From assembly GCA_014905635.1 (NCBI GenBank), contig JABVCE010000002.1, forward strand, positions 1,054,001 through 1,118,000: a stretch of 64,000 bases of DNA, read 5' to 3'. Source of the stretch: Scenedesmus sp. PABB004. Taxonomy: Eukaryota. Position 1 is the first letter of the stretch. Each line of letters starts with the position of its first letter. Positions 57,445 through 64,000 of the stretch are shown in pieces. The notes beneath the pieces are model-generated. The model saw only the letters and a program-made list of their open reading frames with translations, ran no database searches and was not told the origin of the DNA. The position numbers and the translations under genes are program-made.

Positions 57445-59243
57445 ATGGTGTCGTCACGCAGCTTCCTGGCGGCGTCGCTGCAGCGCTGCCGCGTGCTGCC
57501 TGTCCCCGCCGCGCCGGGGGCGGATGGCGACTTCCTGGACCTCCCGACCGTGCTGGCGAGTTGGAGCGAGGAGGCAAAGGTGCCGGCCGCGCGCCGGCGG
57601 CGCAGCGCCGGGCGGCGGGAGCCGCCGCAGCAGCGACGCGCAACCGCTGCAGCCGACCGCGGCCGCCGCCGCGCCCGCAGCAACACATCCTCACCGTCGG
57701 CGACGTGCGGCAGCACGCGAGCACCCATGAGATGCTGCAGTACGTGCCCAAGCTCACGATCAAGCACCCCGGCGCGATCACGGACCTGCAGGTGTCGCGC
57801 ATCGAGGACAGCATCCTCGCAGCGAGCAGCAGCGCCGCGGGCGGCGTGTGCCTGCTCATGATGCAGCTGCCGCCCGCGCCGGGCGCGACGAGCGCAGACC
57901 TGCAGGCGCGGCGCGGCGCGGCGAGCGGAGGGGCGCCCCGGGGCCGCGGCGGCCGCGGCGGCCGCCAGCGCGCGCCGCGTTGGGCGGCAGGGCCGCCAAC
58001 CGCCCCCACGCTGCCGCCACGCCGCCGCCGCCGCAGTTTGTGCTGGCGCCGGGCGACGGCGACGACGACGGCGGCAGCGACGACGGCGAGGGCGGCGGCT
58101 ACCTGCACGAGCTGCCGGCGCTGCACGACTGCCCCGCCGCCTCGCTCGACATCAACGCCGTGCGCCAGGTGCGTGCGGGCGGCGGTGATTTAAGCCCCGA
58201 CCACGCGCCGCCGCCGCCGCCGCCGGGCCGCTGCCGGGGGCCGCGCGCGCGCAGCCCCGCCGGCTGACGCGCCGCGCTCGCGGCCGCCCGCGCGCGCCGC
58301 GCGCAGTCGCTGCTGAGCGTGGCCGGCGACGGCAGCATCTGCGTGGTGCCGCTGGACGCGCTCGCGCAGCTGGGCGGCGACTGCTGCTTCCGCTCCGCGA
58401 GCGGGTGGAGCGGGTTCAGCCAGGGCCGCTGGGTGGACAGCAACAGCTTTGCAACGGTGCGGCACGGCGGGCGGCGCGTGCTGCCGCGCCGGGCCAGGCG
58501 TGGCGGCCAGCGCGCCTGCGCGCGCGCGGCTCGCCCCGGCCCAGCACGGACGGCGGCGGCCGCCGCGGGTCCCGCGCCGCCCGTGCAGGCGGGCGTGCTG
58601 GGCGGGCTGCAGGTCTGGGACGTGCGGCGGGGGCCCAGCCCCGTGAGCAACTCGCCGCTGGCCTGGGGCCACACCGGCTGCGCGGCGCTGGACAAGCAGC
58701 AGGGCGCCGCGCGCCAGGTGCGCGCGGGCGGGGTCTTGGGGCCGGAGCGCGGGCTGCGCCGCCGCTCGGTGCGCCGCGCCCCCCGCCTCCTCCGACCGCG
58801 CGCATGCTCGCGCGCAGATGCTGTGCCTGGGCGTGCACCCGTCGCGCCCCAACCTGGCGGCCACCGGCGCGTCGGGCGGCTGCGTGGCGCTGTGGGACCT
58901 GCGCTTCGCGTCCGCGCCGCTCGCGCTCGCCGGCGCGCCCGGCGCGGCGGGCGACGTGTGGGAGCTGCGCTTCGACCCCTGCGAGCCGCTCATGTCGAGC
59001 AGCGTCGCGGCGGTGCCGCCGCTGCTGTACTGCACCTCGGACGGCGCGCTCGCCTGCGCGGCGGCCGCGGCCAGGCCGGGCGGCGCAGGCGGCGGCACGG
59101 GCGGCCTCACGGCGCAGGTGCTGCTGAAGGACAGCTGCTCGGTGAACAGCTTTGACGTGGAGCCGTCGGGCGGGCAAGATATTGTGGCCGTGACCGACGC
59201 GGAGTGCATGCTGCTGCTGTCGCGGCGCGCGGTCGACTCGTAG
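57445..59243 (+). CDS. NUP43: Nucleoporin NUP43 (WD40, Y-complex)
   Basis: LLSVAGDGSI, LQVWDVRR, LGVHPSRPNL.ATG..GGCVALWDLR, DVWELRFD, PLLYCTSDG, VNSFDVE...DIVAVTD.E resemble plant and animal NUP43. Confidence 0.78.
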
Positions 59244-59278
59244 CGCGCGTGCTGCGGTCCGCCGCCGCTGGCGCGCTG

Positions 59279-59283
59279 TGTAA
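59279..59283 (+). terminator. TGTAA poly(A) signal for NUP43
   Basis: TGTAA about 36 nt after the stop codon. Confidence 0.6.
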
Positions 59284-59554
59284 CGGCCTCGCCGAGCGCC
59301 CGCCTGCCCCCGACCCGTGCGCAGAGCAGCCTCGCTGCGCCACGGCGTGCGCGCCCAGCGCAGCGGGGAGCGGGCACACAGGCTGGCGGCAGTCGGTGAC
59401 TGCAGCGCGTCAATCACAACAGTGACGGAGCAACGTTGCTCGTTAACGCTTCGCTGACGCCGCGCCGCGCTCGTCAGCGCGCGCGCGCGCGCGCGCTGGG
59501 CGTGTCCTGCCGCGGCGGCGTGCCGCCCTCGCCGCCGTCACACGCCGCCCCCGC

Positions 59555-60437
59555 TCACAGCTTGTAGAGCTGGCCATACTTGGTGCGGAGGTGGTCCAGG
59601 AACACCTGGGGCTGCAGCGCGCTACCCGTCACGGCAACCATCAGCTCGTCGCCCGAGGCGTCGAGCGAGCCCCGGGTGTGGATGTTCTCGCGCAGCCACT
59701 CCTGCCGGCGGCCACGGGTGGCCGCGCGTGTCGCGCCCGCGGTCGCTGTGGGGCGCCGCGGCTGGGCGGCGTGCCGTGCCGCGCCGCACGCGCCGCACCC
59801 GCAGCGGCTTGAAGTCGCCGGCCGCGATCTGGTCCTCCAGGCCGGGCAGGTGCTGCTTGGCCGTCTCAAAAATCTGGCAGGCGTACATCGCACCGAGCGA
59901 GTAGGTCGCAAAGTAGCTGCGCGGGCAGGGCGCGCCGGCAGCGGAGGCGCGGTCAGCATCTGGCCGCGCCCTGGCTCGCTCGCTGGGCCGAGCTCGCGGC
60001 GCCGCGCACCCGAAAAGACCCGCGCTCCAGTGCACGTCTTGAAGAGAGCCATCTGCGTCGTTCTCCGGCTCCGCGCCGAGCAGCTCGACCATTTTCTCGC
60101 GCCAAACGCGCGGGACATCCGCCACCGCGATGGAGCCGTCGATCAGGCCGCGCTCGATCTCGTAGCGCAGGATGACGTGCAGCGAGTAGGTCACCTGGCG
60201 CCGGGGGGCGCGGCGGACGTTGGCCCGGGCCAGGCCGGCAGCGCGGGGCGGCGCGCTGCGCTGTCCGGCGCCGGCGCCGGCGCCGCGCCTCGTCGGACTC
60301 GACCCGGATGAGGGAGGGGTTCTTGATGACGTTGAGCGCCTCGTAAAACTCCTCCGCGCTGCGGTCGGGGAACGCCGGGAACGCGGACCGCACGCGCGGC
60401 AGCAGCCACCGCGCAAACGGCCGGCTCAGCGCCACCT

Positions 60438-60468
<31 letters not shown>

Positions 60469-62228
60469 CGCGTGAGGCAGCGGCGGCGGCGCTTGTGGCG
60501 GCGGCGGCGGCGCGTGGGGCGCGCACCGCGCTGCGGCGCCCCGTGCGCGCGCCCGCGGCGCCGGCCGCACCATGCGCTCCCAGAGCAGGCTCTGGCTCTC
60601 GTGCACGCCCATGCTAAGCGCGGAGTTGACGGGGAGGCCCTCCCACTCAGCGGCGAGGCTCCGCCCTTGCTCGTACAGTGCATGACCGGTCTCGTGAACA
60701 GCGCCGGTCAGGCCCTCAGTCAGGTCGCCCTCCTTGAACCTGGTAGTCATGCGCACATCCGTGGGGTGCGACCCGCCTGCCGGGCGGCGCGCGCGGCGCA
60801 CGGCGGGCGGCGGCGGGTGGGCAGGGGCGGCAGGGGGCGAGCCTCGCGCCCGCCGCCGCCTGCCCGCTGGCGCGGCCGCCGCCCCAGCCAGGCCGCGGGC
60901 TGCCCGGGCGGCGCCCCCGCCCGCACCCGTGAAGGGGTGCACGGACACGTCGAGCCGGCCGTTGTTGGTGTCAAAGCCGAGCGCGAGCGCAATCTCCTTG
61001 CACAGCGCCGCCTGGCGCTCGACGTCGTAGCTGCCCGCCAGCCACGAGTCGTCGGGCGGCGTGCCCCGCGCGCGCAGCTCCGCCAGCAGCGGCACGAGGC
61101 CCGCGCGCACCTGCCAGGCGGAGGCGGCGGCGGCGGCGGCGTCGGCGGCGGTATGGCGTTTTACGGCGCCTGCCGGGCACGCCCGCGGCCCCGCCGCACG
61201 GCCGCGCCCGCCTCGCCTCTGCAAAGATGGCGTCGAGGCGGTCGGAGGTCATGCCCTTCTCGTAATCCTCCAGCAGCACGTCGTACGGCGGCGCGGCCGG
61301 GTCGATCGCGGCCGCCTTGGCGCGGCTGACGTCGACCCACTGCTGCAGGAAGGGCGCGAAGGCCGAGAAGTCGGAGGCCTTGCGCGCGGCGACCCACGCC
61401 TGCGGCGGCGCGGCCGCGCGCGCGGGGCGGGGCGGGGCGCGGCGGGGCGGGGCGAGACGTGGGGATGCCGCGCGGCCGCCGGGCGCTGCGCAGCGCCGCA
61501 TGCGAGCGGGCGTGGGCGGCGGCGGGCGTACGACGTAAGCGTCGGTCTCGAGCTTGGCGATCCGCTGCGCCAGGGCCTTGGGGATGGCGGTCTCGCGCGC
61601 GTACGCCCTGCGCGGCGCGGCACGTGCGCGCGCGTGGGACGGCGGCTCAGCGGGCCCGGCCGGCGCGCGCCGCCCGCCCCGCCCGCCCGCTCACTTGCGC
61701 GCGTCGCGCACGACCGCCGCCTGCACGGCGTCGAGCCCAGGCGCCCCGTGCAGCGTGTCGAGCAGCGCGCCGAGCGCGGGCTCGGTGCGGCGGTCGTACA
61801 GCACGCCCGCGAGCGCCGCCTTCTGCGCCCCGCGGCTTCCCACCGCGCCCTCCGGCATCATGACCAGCTCGTCCCAGCCCAGCAGGCCGTTGATGCCCGA
61901 CAGCGCGTCCAGCTCGCGCAGCTTGGACACCAGCTCACCGTAGGCCGCCTGCGCGGCGGTGCGGCGGCGCGGCGCCGGCGAGCGCTCGCTCGCGGCCGGG
62001 CGGCCCCGCAACCGCTGCCACGCAACCGTCGCTGCCACCGGCCGGCCCCGCACGGCCATGCCGATCGCCGCTCACCGTCACGTCCGGCGCCGGCGACTCG
62101 ACGGCGGCGGCGGCGGCCATCGCGCGGGACGCGGCGCGGCGCGTGGCGGCGCGGCGCGGCGCGGTGGCAGCGGCGGCGGCGGCGGCGGCGCGTGGGAGGG
62201 CGTGTCGGCGCAGCGCGGCGGCGGCCAT
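59555..62228 (-). CDS. M32 metallocarboxypeptidase (carboxypeptidase Taq family) with transit-peptide-like N-terminus
   Basis: LLGWD..VMMP, RLDVSVHPFT, DVRMTTR, HETGHALYEQG (HEXXH), HESQSLLWE, IRVESDE, LQDVHWS.G.FG.YFATYSLG, WLRENIH. Confidence 0.95.
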
Positions 62229-62544
62229 GGCGTGCGGAGTCTGGAGGAACCGCGAGGCGGGCGAGCCGGGCGAGCTCGGGAGGAGAGCAGCAGAATAGAG
62301 CACGCCGAAAAACCACACGACCCCTGCATCAACGCGGTGCGTCGCCCCGCTCAGGAGTCTTACAACGCCCAGGCTCACACCACGCGCGACCGCGCAGGCA
62401 GCCTCGCCGCGCCGGCGCCCGGAGCAGCGCTCGGGCCGACCTCCTCGGCGACGCAGCAGCGCGCCCGACGCCCGGTCGCGGCCCGCACGCTCCAAAGAGG
62501 CGGCTTGGGAGTTCACCGACCCGCTCGCGCGCCGGCGCAGCGCC

Positions 62545-64000
<1,456 letters not shown>

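Noticed and set aside
7183..59243. Stop-codon reassignment
   Set aside because: Genes end in TAG or TGA at expected positions, and I found no in-frame stops inside conserved exons.

Overview
This is eukaryotic nuclear DNA of very high GC (about 78-80% by eye), almost certainly from a chlorophyte green alga: it has short GC-rich spliceosomal introns, TGTAA poly(A) signals, plastid-targeted proteins, OPR-like proteins and flagellar genes. The long Ala/Arg/Pro/Gly ORFs in the six-frame track are mostly artefacts. After manual splicing the window holds about 27 tightly packed genes: DNAH1-like dynein (3' part), OTUB1, MCEE, TMTC-like, MMAA, SPT4, GID8, shikimate kinase, an unknown membrane protein, plastid RPL34, IMP2, FAP252-like, ELMOD, CFAP45, OEP61/TPR7, CYP51, PMP22, GatA, an OPR-like gene, UBE2H, an ABCD transporter, THOC3, SEM1/DSS1, a second OPR-like gene, NUP43, an M32 carboxypeptidase and a CDPK/CAMK-like kinase (5' part). 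The top finding is in the ABCD transporter: two tandem, paralogous 142-nt exons (48265-48406 and 48738-48879) that give an intact reading frame only when exactly one is used, i.e. a mutually exclusive exon switch in the transmembrane domain. Also notable are the MCEE+MMAA neighbourhood (B12-dependent methylmalonyl-CoA pathway), a very high rate of GC-AG introns, a THOC3-SEM1-NUP43 mRNA-export cluster and candidate bicistronic gene pairs. CDS coordinates are gene spans from start to stop codon, including introns. All family assignments come from motif recognition, not database searches.
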